From assembly GCA_964016885.1 (NCBI GenBank), contig OZ024743.1, positions 11,160,001 through 11,224,000 of the forward strand: a stretch of DNA of 64,000 nucleotides, written 5' to 3'. Of the stretch, positions 1-14,900 are shown piece after piece. The position numbers and the translations under genes were made by a program. The notes below the pieces were generated by a model, which was not told the origin of the DNA, ran no database searches, and worked only from the letters and a program-made list of their open reading frames with translations. The stretch comes from Eledone cirrhosa. Its lineage: Eukaryota. Every line of letters begins with the position of its first letter. Position 1 is the first letter of the stretch.

Positions 1-96
1 TAGGTCTTCAAAATGTTTATTATAAACATACAGAATATTTTCGAATATTCTATGTCTATACTCACATATATATCGCTATTTCAGAGCATTTATTCC

Positions 97-1400
<1,304 letters not shown>

Positions 1401-2029
1401 TAATAAATTTATATCTATATATATACAAAATGATATGAAACGAAATGAGCTGTGTGGTTACTAAAAACAAGGTTTTGGGTGGTGGTTAGGACGGAACAAG
1501 AGGAGAAAGGAAGAAAGGTGTTTCCTTCGTCAGCTGTAAATGTTTCCCGAACCGATGTTTCGGTGCTGAATTACAGGACATCGGTGGAGTTCGGGTGCAC
1601 CCGAGGCCTTTTATTAATCAAAAGGCGGCCAGGAGGAAAAGGAGAGAGAAAGGGAGAAAAAAAGGGGAGAAAAAAGGAGAGAGAAAACGAAAGAGAGGGA
1701 ATATTTATGTGTGTGTGTTTGCGTGTGTATTATATATACATACTATGCCCAGTTTCTTGATATTGTAAAATAGACACTGTTTTCCTCATGTGTTTGTATG
1801 TACACCCCCCCCCCCACACACACACACACCATACACAATAACGTAAGAAAATACCTACACACGCACACACATGCTCATGTGCGTGCACACACACATACTT
1901 AAATTTAGACGCATTTTCCGCATACACACATGCAAGTGACATTTATGCACATATACTGTTACACATATTTTTACATATTCATACTCACCAGAAACGTAGA
2001 AGAAACCGCAAGTTTCTCGATCTCTTACA

Positions 2030-2456
2030 GAGAGGGGGAGAGATTAATAGACAGAGAGAGAGAGAAAGAAAGAGGAAGAACTTCAGGGGGGGGGGGAATG
2101 AGAGAGTGAGTGAAAGAGAGGACGAGCGAGAGAGAGAAAGAGAGAGCTTCCGTGTGTGGGTGGGGGGTAGAAAGGGAGGTAAAATGAGAGAGTAAGTGAA
2201 AGAAAGAACGAGCAAGAGATAGAAGGTGAGAGAGCAAGAGAAAGAAAGAGAGAGCTTCAGAGGGAGAGGGGGAGATAGAAAAGGAGAAAGAATGAGAGAG
2301 TGAGTGAGTGAAAGAAAGACAAGCGAGAGAAAGGTGAGAGAGCGAGAGAGAAAGAGCTTCAGAAGGGATGGGGGAAAGATAGAAAGGGAGAAGAAATGAG
2401 AGAGTGAGTGAAAGAAAAAAAGAACGAGAGATAGAAGGTGAGAGAGAGAGAGAGCA
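2030..2456. repeat. Purine-rich (GA) degenerate tandem repeat, about 4 units of roughly 110 bp
   Basis: Recurring AGAGCTTC...AATGAGAGAGTGAGTGAAAGA...AGAAGGTGAGAGAGC blocks. Confidence 0.75.
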
Positions 2457-2751
2457 GCTGGCACGCCCGCAAATACATCTTGACAGAGCGACTTAAACCA
2501 ACAGACAGGTCTCAGACGACATTACATTGGCTACAAAGAAATCCCAACAAAGGTTTCAGAGACAGAAAGACGCAAGTATGTTTACCTCAGCTTTTGTTAC
2601 TCACAGACACCGACTAGATGTGAGCGTCCAGGGTTGTGATCTCTAGTCAAGACGGCTGCCTCCTCCTGAGACATATGACGACGCTGCCACTAATAACTAT
2701 TGCTGTTGTTATTGTCGTCGTTATTGTCGTCGTTGTTCTATCGTCGTCGTC

Positions 2752-2752
2752 A

Positions 2753-2808
<56 letters not shown>

Positions 2809-2832
2809 ATGGTAGTGGTAGTAGTGGTGGTG

Positions 2833-2903
<71 letters not shown>

Positions 2904-2950
2904 GGTGTTAGTAGTAGTGTTGGTAGTAGTAGTAGTAGTGGTGGTGGTAA
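2752..2950. repeat. (GTA)n/(GGT)n trinucleotide microsatellite
   Basis: Directly visible; source of the poly-S/T/V ORFs. Confidence 0.95.
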
Positions 2951-3019
2951 TAGATGTAGTCATCGGTGCCGACGCCGTTGGCGTTTGCCTTGTCTTGTTA
3001 TTGTCATTGATGGTAAAGG

Positions 3020-3160
3020 AAGCGGATTGGGAGAATGGTTAAAGCGTCAGCCATAATACTTCGTGTTATTTGTTCCGGCCATCTACTTTCTGAGTTCAAA
3101 TCAGACTGAAGTTAACTTTGCTTTTTTGCTGACCTTGTGCTTTAATTAGGAATTGTTATT
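3020..3160 (+). mobile_element. Degenerate, internally deleted copy of SINE family A (tRNA-derived, octopus-type)
   Basis: CTGAGTTCAAATC B-box-like motif, GTTAACTTTGC and GCTGACCTTGTGC match the intact copies at 4594-4783 and 24701-24886. Confidence 0.7.
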
Positions 3161-3291
3161 GTCATCGATGGTGTCTTTCTGTGTAGCAGTCGTCGATCAC
3201 TAGCGATTTCCAATGCCATTTTTGCTTTACACGAGTTATTGTGAAAGTAACAACCTCCGCTGTATTACTACTACTACTATTAAACAAACAA

Positions 3292-3332
<41 letters not shown>

Positions 3333-3399
3333 CATTATATATATTATATATCAACAGTTGATTGACAAGATCCCAGACCTTGACGAGTGGGGTGGAGCT

Positions 3400-3580
3400 C
3401 ATCCAGTCGGAACAAGGAAACAATGTTTCCACTGGCCTTTCCAATTGCTAATACTATCAGTCAGTCGCAAATCCAAGTAGAAGGAGCAAAATGAAATAGA
3501 GTGTCTTGTTCAAGGACATAACGCATCGCCCGGTCTGGGAATCGAGATCGCAACCTCATAATTGCGAAACCAATTCTCAA
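3400..3580 (-). mobile_element. SINE family B fragment (tRNA-related head)
   Basis: GGAGCAAAATGAAATAGAGTGTCTTGTTCAAGGACATAAC...GGGAATCGA resembles the reverse complement of the head at 20707-20810. Confidence 0.55.
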
Positions 3581-3654
3581 TATTATATATATATATATTA
3601 TATATATTATATATATATATAATATATATATATTATATATATATATATAAATTT

Positions 3655-3845
3655 TAGTACAGCATTAACGAAGCGGCCAAGCTAACGAATGCAAATTCGG
3701 TCTGTAGCTTTAGCACTCGGATGGGGAAAAGTACCCCAGAGTAATAACAATACGTTTAGACAGCTTAGCAAATCAAATATAGCGATCGGCAGTCCAGCCG
3801 TATCACCAGACCAACGAAAATACAGGACTCAGGAAAAGATCTTTT
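3655..3845 (+). mobile_element. Short (TA)n-embedded non-coding repeat, diverged homologue of 15910-16106
   Basis: Shared blocks AGTACAGCAT..GAAGC..ACGAATGCA..AGCACTCG and TAGCGA.CGG.A.T.CAGCCG...CAACGAAA...GACTC. Confidence 0.6.
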
Positions 3846-4089
3846 ATATATATATATATATATATACTTGTTGAGTGTTTTATATCAGTTATAAAAATAT
3901 TTGTTTGTTGTATCCCAACAATTTAAATAGAACTTTTGCATATATATATATAAATATTTATATATATATATATATATACGTGTATGTGTGTAATATATTA
4001 AGATATTATCACCTCTATCACTGTCACCAGTTTATGTATGTGTGTCCTGGTGAATGCGTGAGCATGGTTGTATATCAATATAATAATTT

Positions 4090-4206
4090 ATCCAAATCCC
4101 ACCGAGGTTAACTTTGCCTTTCATCCTTACGGGGTCGATAAAATAAAGTACCAGTAATACACTGAGATAATTGCTGGCCTTGTGCCAAAAGTAGAAGCAA
4201 TTAATT
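4090..4206 (+). mobile_element. 5'-truncated SINE family A
   Basis: CCGAGGTTAACTTTGCCTTTCATCCTTACGGGGTCGATAAAATAAAGTACCAG...GCTGGCCTTGTGCC. Confidence 0.9.
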
Positions 4207-4215
4207 ATATAGAAT

Positions 4216-5635
4216 ACTAGCAGAATGGCCCGGCGTTACTCGGGATTTGCTCTAGGGTTCTTATATATTTGATATATATTTATCCTTATTGAGCCTCGTG
4301 AAATAAATACGTTTATTTATATTTTGTTATTGTGTATGCAAAAATATCTGTACACGAATATATAATTATATATATATCTATATATCTAAAACAGAGAATG
4401 TCTGTCGAGAACCACCCAACCGATTGTTTTCAAACTTTACACATGTAATACTTATGTTCCTGTGAGTGGTTTTAGCAAAAATTATTTCAAATTTTCAATA
4501 CCCTAGGGACCGCATTAGGCGATTTAGCAATCTCTCTCTATAATTCTTAGTCTTTCTTTTTAGATAGATACATAGATATAACGTTGCGCCCTTATAATTG
4601 TTTATACTTTTGGCACAAGGCCAGCAATTATCCCAGTGTATTACTGGTACTTTATTTTATCGACCCCGTAAGGATGAAAGGCAAAGTCAACCTCGGCGGG
4701 ATTTGAACTCAGTCCGTAAAGGGACGTAACTGTGCTGAAAAGCATGGCGTCCGACCCTCTACCGATACTGCCAATCCACCGCCCTTATAATATCTGTCTG
4801 TATGTCTGGCTGTCTGCATTACGTCATTATGACGCGATCAGTGTGTGTGTGTGTATATATGTATCGTAATGCAGACAGCAAGACATATAGCTTTCCTTTC
4901 CCTCTTCCAGCGTCTCTCTCTCTCTCCCGCTATCCCCCTCTTTTAGTCTGTCTGTTTATTTCACTCTCACTCTTTCTCTTTATAACTCACTCACATTAAT
5001 ACTAAAGGGTTAAGGTATTGTTCTCAAAATAAATAATATTAAATCTATGAGATTTTTATATTATGTGAGATAAAGCCTTTACCATGGAAATAATATAGTA
5101 TATATAGAGTAATCTAAATGCTAAAGGGGTAATTCCATCAGACCATGTGAGAGAGTTTATAATCACTCACGCACACATACACACTCACGCATGCAAACGT
5201 ACACAAACTCACACACACACGCAATAGTTATTCCACTGTCATGTATCTTTGACGCATACAACTCTCAAAAACGGCGTCTGTCACTCTCTCTCCCGCTATC
5301 CCCCTCTTTTAGTCTGTCTGTTTCTTTCACTCTCATTCTTTCTCTCTGTAACTCGTTCACATTTCTCCCCTCTATCGAAAAACGCTGTGACGAATGGGGA
5401 GAAGGAGGAGGAGTAGAGAGCCACTTCTTCACTTCCCCTCTCACTCCCTCATTATGTACAGACATTGGTCACTTCACTAATTCGATCCCTAGGTCAGAAT
5501 AATTTGAAATTTTTTTTGCTCAAAACACTTCCGGGGCCATACGGGTTACATGTGTAAAGTTTGAAAAAAACGGTTGGGTACTTCTCGAGTTTTAGGGAAA
5601 CAGACACACAGACAGACACCCGCTGTTTTTTTTAA
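4216..5635 (-). mobile_element. Non-autonomous Helitron-like element carrying a nested opposite-strand related 5' end (4376-4560) and a SINE
   Basis: Minus-strand 3' end CCCGAGTAACGCCGGG hairpin followed by CTAG|T at 4216-4244. The segment 5485-5630 is an inverted homologue of 4385-4510 (TTTCAAACTTTACACATGTAA...CCTAGGG). Confidence 0.55.
4594..4783 (-). mobile_element. Near full-length SINE family A
   Basis: tRNA-like head (TGGCAGTATCGG A-box-like, GAGTTCAAATCC B-box), conserved body, flanked by a repeated CGCCCTTATAAT (4587-4598, 4780-4791). Confidence 0.92.
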
Positions 5636-5759
5636 AACCATTTCTAAGTCTTGTATTGATATGTAAATGTTTAAGCATATTCTGCTTGCTTTAGCATCCG
5701 AGTACATGCATCCGAGTACGGCCACTTAGAAAAATAAACAGACATTAGCAAAAACGTGT

Positions 5760-7060
5760 TGTTGCATTCGCTGTCATTGATATCGCCTTAGATGGCTCAT
5801 TAATCCAGGAAGTGACTTACATATCAAACCACACTGTGTGCAGGTAAGTTTCTCGCCTGGTTGAGTTTGATTGGCGTGGCATGCTTTGTAGTACCAGGCT
5901 AAACCACTTGCAAAATGACAAACTTTTGTACAGATACCACATGCAGAATCATAATATATGGGGTACGCAAAGGTGTTATTTCTATGAGTATGACGTCCAC
6001 TATTGTTTAGTAGTCAAGCCTTTGACGTGCATACACATCTACATCCCTCACAAGTAAGAGTCTCTTTCGAACCCCGTTCTGGGAGCAGATTAACATCTCC
6101 CATATATAGCTGCTCGCTTCACTTCACCATAGACTTTTCAAATTCCTTATCACCAGTAGCAATCAGATTTCGCCACTGAGCTCCGTTACAATATTTTTCC
6201 ATATTTCGGTGCTAAATTGACCTTCTTCAGATAGACGAAGTTATCCAAAATATTCAATATTTTCCCGTTGACAAATACGGATGGTGGAATATATGGGTTT
6301 TCGTGTGTATGCTGGTACATCACCATTGTATTTTTGAGGCTGCTTGTCAGCCCAAGTTCATCACACGTTGCTGAGAAGCAGTTCATCAAAAGTTCAAGGG
6401 CTTGTTCCGTTTATCTAACACGATCGCAGTCGTCGGCATAAAGAAGATCACATATCAGTGCAATATATGTGTTTGATGCAGCAACATATCGGTGGGTATA
6501 AAGGAGACTTCCTGTTGGTCAATAACGTATATATATGCCAAAGTCGGTGTTGGTGAATGCTTTTAACAAAACAACTGCAAAGCAGAAGGCAAACATCGTG
6601 GGAGCAAGCAAGTCACCCTGTTTCACGCCTCTCACAATTGGGAAAGGTTCTAAGAGCTCACCATTGACGTAAGCCAAGACATTTATGTCATCATGCAATG
6701 AACGTATAATCCCCGCAAACTCCGCCTCTAAGTCCCGACCGACAGGACCAAGAAGACATTGCCCCGGACGATGGTGAAGGTGACGCCCTGGAACAGCCAC
6801 TCCACCTCGTGAGGCTCTCACCTGCGGGTAGCCAACTCAGCTCCGATAGCAGTGAGTAAGGATGTGATACGGGGGCTAAGAACGCCAGAGATCTCCAATG
6901 CAACAGGTTCGAGCTCCTTCGTAAAATCGGAATATCAGCAGCCCATCTGAGAAAGGAGCCCCGCGAAGTGAGACGGCTGTTGCAGTGAGTGTTGCAGAGA
7001 TGCCTTTACACCTTTGTCCGTTGAGCGCAGTCGGAATACCATCCCGCTCTAGGCGTAGAG
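5760..7060 (-). pseudogene. Degenerate RTE-like LINE reverse transcriptase fragments
   Basis: GVKQGDLLAPTMF (RT motif) in ORF 6519-6821, LLYADDCD in the adjacent frame (~6425-6455), GLTSSLKNTMVM and LNILDNFVYL in ORF 6186-6389. Confidence 0.85.
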
Positions 7061-7929
7061 CCTGTCACCCTCTTACCTTCCCCCTCTCGTCTTCTGTGGC
7101 CTAATAGTTCTTACTTTGTCACTCCTTTTCCTCCCATTTATGGCATTATAATCTTTTCCTCTACTTTCCTATTCAGTCAGATCTGTCCTTCTTTACGCCT
7201 TCTCCTCTTTTTCATTACTTAATTTTGTTTTTATTTCGTTAATATTTCCATCATTGTATAACTTCTGTTTGTAAAATATAGTTGACATAATATGTTTATG
7301 TATAACAGATAACAAAATTAAATTAATTTACCAAAACAATAAAAAACAACCACTACACACACACACAAACACAAACACACACACAGACACACGAACACAC
7401 ACACACACACATATACACACACATATATATATATATATATTCCATTTGCTTTAAAATATTAGTATGAAGACGATATGTATATACATATATATATATATAT
7501 ATTAAATCAAAGGGGTGTATATATATAATTAGACATAGTCACAGATACATATATGAGTTTGGCAACCTAATAGTTCTGCAGTCTTAGTAAGGAGAAAGTC
7601 CTATACTGCTATACTTTTTTTTTTTCAGGGCTTTGGAACTAACTGGGGAGGAAAGAAAAATTGTCAATAAATTGGAGACCTGACCCACTAAAAGCACATA
7701 TATACCAACTTCATTCTAAAAATCATGAGCCACGTGAAGATTTAAAACTCATAATGTAGAAACGTAATCAAATGTTAAAAGATATCGCTCTATCAGCGAT
7801 TCTGCTTTCTGTCAGCCAAGAGGAAATATATATACGTACATGCTCATACCTACACACACACATCTATCCACCTATTTCTCTCTCTCTCTCCCTCCTCTTC
7901 TCTCTTTCTCTTTCTCTCTCTCCATATAA

Positions 7930-7996
<67 letters not shown>

Positions 7997-8210
7997 TATA
8001 TAAATTAATAAAAACAATGAATAAAAACAAAGAAACAGTTCCTTATATTAAAAGAATTCATCATTTTACGATCGTTCCTAGGATATATATGTGTGTTGGT
8101 ATGTATATCATATAGATCTATGTAAACATTTTACAAACTATCAGAGGGAATATACATACCTACACATATATATGGTGTCTTCAGAAATAATATGTATATA
8201 TATGTGTATG

Positions 8211-8350
<140 letters not shown>

Positions 8351-8636
8351 AATATATATATATATATAAACGGAAAAAATGAAACGAAATTTCATTTCCC
8401 ACTCTTAGTACGGCTCTTACTTAAATATAAGTATGTACACGTACATACATATATGTATACAGACGTACAGTAGTATGTATATATATATACATACATGCAC
8501 ACACATATATATATATGTACGTATGGATTCACCAAACATTTATTATAATGCTCGGTGTATTTGTAAACAAACATCCCGTATTAAGCCGTAGTGTCTAGCA
8601 ACCATCGTTGCTCGTTTGTTCAACACTGACAAAGGA

Positions 8637-8679
8637 ACGCTGTACTAGTTTCAAGCTTGTTAGCTATCGTCAGCAACGT
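8637..8679 (-). ncRNA. Minimal type I hammerhead ribozyme
   Basis: Minus strand ACGUUG-CUGACGA-UAGCU AACA AGCUU-GAAA-CUAG-UA-CAGCGU: core, helices I and II, palindromic helix III, GUA cleavage triplet. Confidence 0.85.
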
Positions 8680-8892
8680 ATACCTTCCTGCCAGATGGGT
8701 GAACGTCCGAAAGTATATACTTTCCTTATGCATATTAACGGCTGAGTAGCCCAATTTGCATTTTTTCCGTTTATCGTTTTCGGTGCACCCGGTCGATTAA
8801 CACACTCGATATGCAAATTGGGCTACTCAGCCGTTAATATGCATAAGGAAAGTATATACTTTCGGACGTTCAACCATCTGGCAGGAAGGTAT

Positions 8893-8935
8893 ACGATGCT
8901 GACGATAGCTAACAAGCTTGAAACTAGTACAGCGT
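8893..8935 (+). ncRNA. Minimal type I hammerhead ribozyme (mirror copy)
   Basis: ACGATG-CTGACGA-TAGCTAACAAGCTT-GAAA-CTAG-TA-CAGCGT; one helix I mismatch. Confidence 0.82.
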
Positions 8936-9160
8936 TCCTTTGTCAGTGTTGAACAAACGAGCAACGATGGTTGCTAGACACTACGGCTTAATACGGGATG
9001 TTTGTTTACAAACACACCGAGCATTATAATAAATGTTTGGTGAATCCATACGTACATATATATATATATATGTGCATGTATGTATATATATATACATACT
9101 ACTGTACGTCTGTATACATATATGTATGTACGTATACATACTTATATATATATATATATT

Positions 9161-9233
<73 letters not shown>

Positions 9234-9279
9234 ACACATACACACACATATATATATATATTTATATATATATACATAC

Positions 9280-9315
<36 letters not shown>

Positions 9316-9426
9316 ACATGCATATACATATATATATATATATTTATATATATATACATACATATATATATATATTTATATATATATACATACACATATA
9401 TATATATATTTATATATACATACACA

Positions 9427-9496
<70 letters not shown>

Positions 9497-9499
9497 CAT

Positions 9500-9553
<54 letters not shown>

Positions 9554-10078
9554 GTGTGTGTTTGTGTCATTAATTTCCATAATGTTTTCATTCTATTTGA
9601 ATTCAGGAGTTAATTGAATCCTATAAGATGAATTCAACCTTCTAATCTCAAAAATAGAAAATAAAACAAAAATATTCTATAGAAAACATTGAATTAAGGT
9701 TAGCACACAGAGATTCTAAGTTGTGTAATGGTCTCACCAAGTTAAATAATGTTTAAGTTCGCTGTCCAAAATTCTGCTAAAACATTCACGTCGTCAAGAT
9801 AAGATTTTCAAATGTGAAAATATTATTAGCTCTCAAGTGTGACATATCGGAGACTCCCATTCAAAGTACTTAAATCATCGAAATCTCTTAAGGAGACAAG
9901 ATGCCTAAGAAACAGTGACTTTATATATGTTTATGCACACCCACAATTTCGCAGTACACCGCCCTTACATGTACACGCTTATGTTTATAACATGTGTGTA
10001 TGTTTGTCTAACGAAATATATAGGAGCATAGCAAGGTTGAAAGATTTTGTGCTTCTGTTCACGTATATCTAGATGCAA

Positions 10079-10307
10079 TGTGTGTTGGTGTGTGTGTGTG
10101 TGTTTGTGTTTATGTATGTGTTTGTGTGTGTGTGCGTGTGTGCGTGTGTGTTTGTATTGATGTGTGCGTGTGTGTGTGTGTTTGTGTTGATGTGTGTGCG
10201 CGTGTGTGTGCGTGCGTGTGTGTGTGGGTGCGTGTGTGTATGTGCGTGTGTGTGCGCGTGCGTGTGTGTATGTGTGTGTGTGCGTGGGTTTGTGTATGTG
10301 TGTGTAT
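10079..10307. repeat. Degenerate (GT)n/(GTGC)n microsatellite
   Basis: Directly visible. Confidence 0.95.
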
Positions 10308-11167
10308 GAATGACCGTAAGCATCAGTATATATGTGTTTGTTTTAACTTATACTCTGGCACACTTCTCTATTTCTCTTTCTTATATACTACCTTTACTCA
10401 ATATTTACGAAAGCACCTGCCCTCAGTCTTCAGATCTCAGTGCAGTCTTACTGACAACTATCGGCATCAATAGTTGTTCTCTGAACAACTAAGCCCTACT
10501 AACTATTCAGCTTATCCTTGGTAAATATTTTCCATTAAGGTTAATCTCTTCACTTGATCTCTTTAACAGAGCACCACATAGCTGACTCTCATTGTAACCG
10601 GTAATAAATTGAATCAAGACGCCACTAACGACTTTTTAAGACTAGTATAAAGCTCCCAATAGCAAGAACAACAATAACAGCAACAGCAACAACAGCAGTA
10701 ATAAGACAACAAAAGAAGCAGCAGGATAGCCAGGCTTGTTAAGAAAACCAACGTTTAAGTGTGGTTTAGGTTGGGCGGCGGCTATATACGACCAAATGAA
10801 TGATGGACTAAAGACGAACTGAATAAAAGAAGTAAATAGATTAACTAAATAAACAATAAAATAATATAATTAATCATTTCTTCCTCTCTGAGATGGTTCT
10901 TCTGAAGCAGAGATTTCGTTTTATTGATATGCCACCAGATCCATTTTGTCTATCAACAGCTATAACTGCAAGAACAAAAACAACTGTGTGATTTAATTAT
11001 TTCTTCATTGATTAAAAATTGTTTCTGCCGCGTGAAAGTACATTTTATCATTTTTTAAAACGTTGTCATCATTATTACAAATCTAAGGAATATGAGCTGG
11101 GACTGAGACATTTTCGATTCCAGGATTGTATCAATTCTATTTCAACAACGCTACTTAAAATAAAAAC

Positions 11168-11380
11168 GGCAAGGACCCCCCTCGGTCACGAATGACCATG
11201 GGATTTGCACCTAGAAACACCCCCCGCCCCCTCCCAAGGCACAAGTCCCGGCAAGGTCGTTTGTGGAAAACCAGCAGTTGCCCATGCATACCAGTCACTC
11301 ATCTCCATACCACCGACGTTGTCCAAGGGAAAGGCAATGGCCGATACAGCTTGGGACCAGTGATGTCGCAACTACAACTC
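11168..11380 (-). mobile_element. SINE-type repeat body (octopus-type)
   Basis: GGTCACGAATGACCATGGGA...GGCACAAGTCC...CAAGGGAAAGGCAA..GCCGATACAGCTTGG..CCAGTGA.GTCGCAACT recognised as a common cephalopod SINE segment; not confirmed by search. Confidence 0.6.
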
Positions 11381-12222
11381 TATTTAAGCCTTTATTAACT
11401 ATAAAGCATGCATATATCAAGTGAAAACTGAATTATTATTAAGTTAATACGGACGGTCTCTCATATGTAATATAGTGAGTTGAAAAACTTCGGTCAGCTG
11501 ACTATATCCGAGCAATTAGTAGACAAAAATCCTTCTATATGTGATTCAATTTTTTCTGAAAATAGAAAAAGTAATTTGGACAATGCAAAGTAGAATGAAA
11601 CAGATCTTATCTTTGGGGAAGTGAATGAACACATAGACAAATGTCTTGAGTGACACTCCAAAGATGGGCGTCATCATTACTGGAAATTCATTTATAGATA
11701 ATTTTTTAGTGTCATAGCAGGAGCAACGTAGCTAGGATAAGTGCCAAGTATAGTTGTCCCGAGTGGCACGTTCTAGGAAGCGGTACCTTTGGTTTACTGC
11801 ATTGCTTTTCATGGGAAGGGAAATAACACAAAGACCATCTTGGACCATACAAACACTAGCTACGCCACAGTAAAATGCACAATTTGTAATGCCTTTGTCT
11901 TGTAGATCCATATGAATACGTTTCACAACTTGATATATAAATCCTGATAGCTAAACATTATATATACAGTATATGTGTTGCAAAATTATTTTGAATAGGG
12001 ATATTGCAATAATGTTGACAATAAGGAATTTTAGATAGAAACATGAAAGTACGAAATTTTTTAATGAAAGAAATTTAAACAATCGATACTTCATGTTTTC
12101 TAAAATAGTTCACGAAATGCCGCCTGTGTGGAATATAGTACAATCATCTAATTCATATTTGATAAGGACTCCAACCAATTGTAGTCTGTTGAGCATTTTC
12201 ATGGAATTTTGATTAGGAATAG

Positions 12223-12309
<87 letters not shown>

Positions 12310-12425
12310 TGAATACATTGGGTATAATACCAGTTTATTATCAAATGCGAAGCTCGATATATCAACTCCTTAGGAAAGTACACAGAGTATTATTTATTTT
12401 TACATTATATATATATATATATATA

Positions 12426-12655
12426 CAGGTATGGTGGAACATGCAGCGGGGACATACCCCCTCCCTAATAATTATATTGTTCTCCCCAAACTACCAAAAC
12501 ACACATCTAGTTGTTTATAAGCTACAATTTATGTACATGTTATTTTTATCGCATATCGAAGTTTTCTGACCATTTTAGAGTGCAAAGTGCTAAACTAATC
12601 ACAAATAAATTGACCAAATTTGCCCCCCAATTCAGTAGTGCTTCCACCGCCCCTG
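12426..12655. mobile_element. Putative small hAT-like MITE
   Basis: Imperfect TIRs CAGGTATGGTGGAAC / CTTCCACCGCCCCTG next to a TA tract. Confidence 0.45.
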
Positions 12656-13231
12656 TATTTATGCATGTACAACGGAAAGTGAACGTATACATAAATATTT
12701 CATTCAATAATGCTGATAAATACGATAAATTTTGAATAGAACTGAGAAAGGAAAAAAGAAGTGGAAAGTGAGTAAATGGTGATAGAAAGAAAGTTGTATA
12801 GTTGTGTTGAAAAGTTGCCGTTAAATAGAACACTTTTCTTTTATTATTGATCTGACACGCCCTGCTAAGTAAAAAAAATGCTACCTTCTGATCAGAAACA
12901 AAAGTTACAAATCCTGATAGAAAAGGGTCATTCGAAAGAAAGAGTGCCATGTTTTGATTAGGTGTGTCTCGGACAGAACATGAGAATTGTAGATCAAACA
13001 AATAGAGACTTCTATTCACTGTCCATTGAAGACATAATAAAAGGTACTGTTGCTGTTTGAAACTATTACTAACTGGATAGCTTGTCCTTGTCACTGTTAC
13101 ATATTGGATATTCGAAGCTCTCTTTAACTTGCTTCAATAAACATTGACCTTACCGTCAAGTATGAATTGTAGGTGTGTGGTGTGAATGCAAGTATGTTTG
13201 TTTGTATGTATGTATGTATGTATGTATACAT

Positions 13232-13292
<61 letters not shown>

Positions 13293-13499
13293 TGTGTGTA
13301 CGTATGTTCTTCTGGTTTTATTATAAAGTTTCACCAATGGGGAAAGAGAGCTGATTTCTAACATAAAAACATAGAAACAAGACTCTTTCATTTGAATTTA
13401 GACAACATGAAGTAGGTAAATGCGTATGTATGTCTGTATGTGTTTGAGGGTACGTGTGTGCAGCTATGGCTGTTATTAGATGAGTGGATCTGTTAGTAC

Positions 13500-14900
13500 A
13501 GGTAAAGTACCTTATGGGTCACTTATTTATTGTGTGCAAAGAGTTCTGAAAACCATATTTTTTTATTTGGATGCTATATTCTCTGGTTACTTGAGCCTTG
13601 TTACATATATATTTTCATCTGCCCCTAGGTATCTTTCGCAGTCTCGGCACATACAGGTGAAACAGTCAGGTCACTAATAGAGATGTTGCTAGACTGGCTT
13701 CTAGTTTTAACTCGCTTTACAATCATATAGGAACATTTATCCTGGCCAAACTCCATCCAACGTCTTTCGAGAATGTTATAAAGAGGTCAAGGTTTTCCTT
13801 TATACCTTTTATATTCTTTGCATAAAGTTTCAGGTCATCCACAAAGAAGTTATTAGTGTTTCTGGTGTCTTGTGAACCAATTACATATTCTTCATATTTC
13901 CTGAACATAAAAGACAAGGGATTTACTCTCAGCGTTAATACCATCACAGAGAGAATGTCTATTTGAAATATACCACTGGTAGTTGTTTGCTAAGTGGGTC
14001 TCTTTGTCTTGAAGGAATAATTTTCTTCCTGCTAATGTCAACCAGCTTGGTATGTGTGTATCACATTTGAGAGCTTACTGGTAGAGGTTGGTAGGATACA
14101 TCCGATAGAAAGTCAGTTTCTTGTACCAGTAGTCGACAATCAAGTCTCTTCCTGGTGCTTTTTTATTACCTGAAGTTTCTTTATCACAGTCTCAAGGTTA
14201 ACATCATTGATGCTGTATATTTTTGATGTAATGCGGGAGCAATGGTTCGTTTGGATCTCTTTCAGCCATAGTGCATCTTAGTTAAAATTCTTTTCCTCAC
14301 ATCACATTTGTCTCCAGCGGGGGTTCAATGTCTTTCTGGGACGAGGGTTTAGTGACATTTATTGATTTGCCCTTCATAGATTGATGTTTGGTCTCGACTA
14401 AATCTTTTATTAATCATTTTCCTTTCAGTCACTTTCTTGATATCGAAGTTTCTCGCTAACAGTTCCCAATTCTTGTTTGAGGGCGATCAACTTATATCGA
14501 CGAGTCCTGCTTGCACTGTCTCCAAACATCATTTCTATATTATTTTCCACGCTTTCTTGGTGAGGAGTGTAGTTTTGTTATTGTGTTTTTATATGTGATA
14601 AGCATTGTCTCATGGCTGATAGTTTTTCGTAGGTCAAAGATCTTTGTTTCTAATTTTGAAATATATAATGGCAGTTATATATAGTTATTTTTTTCTTTCT
14701 ATTATTATCTTCAATATCACCAAGATAATGCTTTACAGACGTTGCTAGGGCATATAAACAAACGCTGTCTTCCTACAATGTATGGGTTTTAATATGTTGT
14801 AGACATTTACCTCCGATTTCGTCGATAGCACGCAGAACTTCTTTATTTGTTTTCTTGTTTAATATTGTTGTTTTATGTCTCTTTTCGAGAGTAAGATTTA
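13500..14900 (-). pseudogene. Degenerate R4/Dong-like non-LTR retrotransposon RT region
   Basis: NNFFVDDLKLYAKNIKGIKENLDLFITFSKDVG in ORF 13723-13947 resembles the HLL(F/Y)MDDLKLYAK motif of R4-type RTs; boundaries approximate. Confidence 0.65.

Larger units (their letters stand above)
8425..9147. repeat. Long inverted repeat (arms ~8425-8761 and 8811-9147, ~49 bp spacer) embedded in (TA)n
   Basis: Arms are near-exact reverse complements, e.g. CCCGTATTAAGCCGTAGTGTCTAGC vs GCTAGACACTACGGCTTAATACGGG. Confidence 0.95.

Noticed and set aside
2700-3056. Ser/Gly/Thr/Val-rich ORFs (also 42552-43073, 47662-48090)
   Set aside because: Trinucleotide microsatellites with no non-repetitive domain
4700-4783. 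tRNA gene-like A/B boxes (also 20707, 21186, 24701)
   Set aside because: No cloverleaf; they continue into SINE bodies, so they are SINE heads
10388-10442. Possible minus-strand hammerhead (CUGAAGA-CUGAGGGCA..UGCUUUCG-UAAA)
   Set aside because: GAAA core is altered and helix I does not pair; at best a decayed copy
12546-13094. 182 aa ORF in non-repetitive sequence
   Set aside because: No recognisable motif, non-ATG start, no clear splice context
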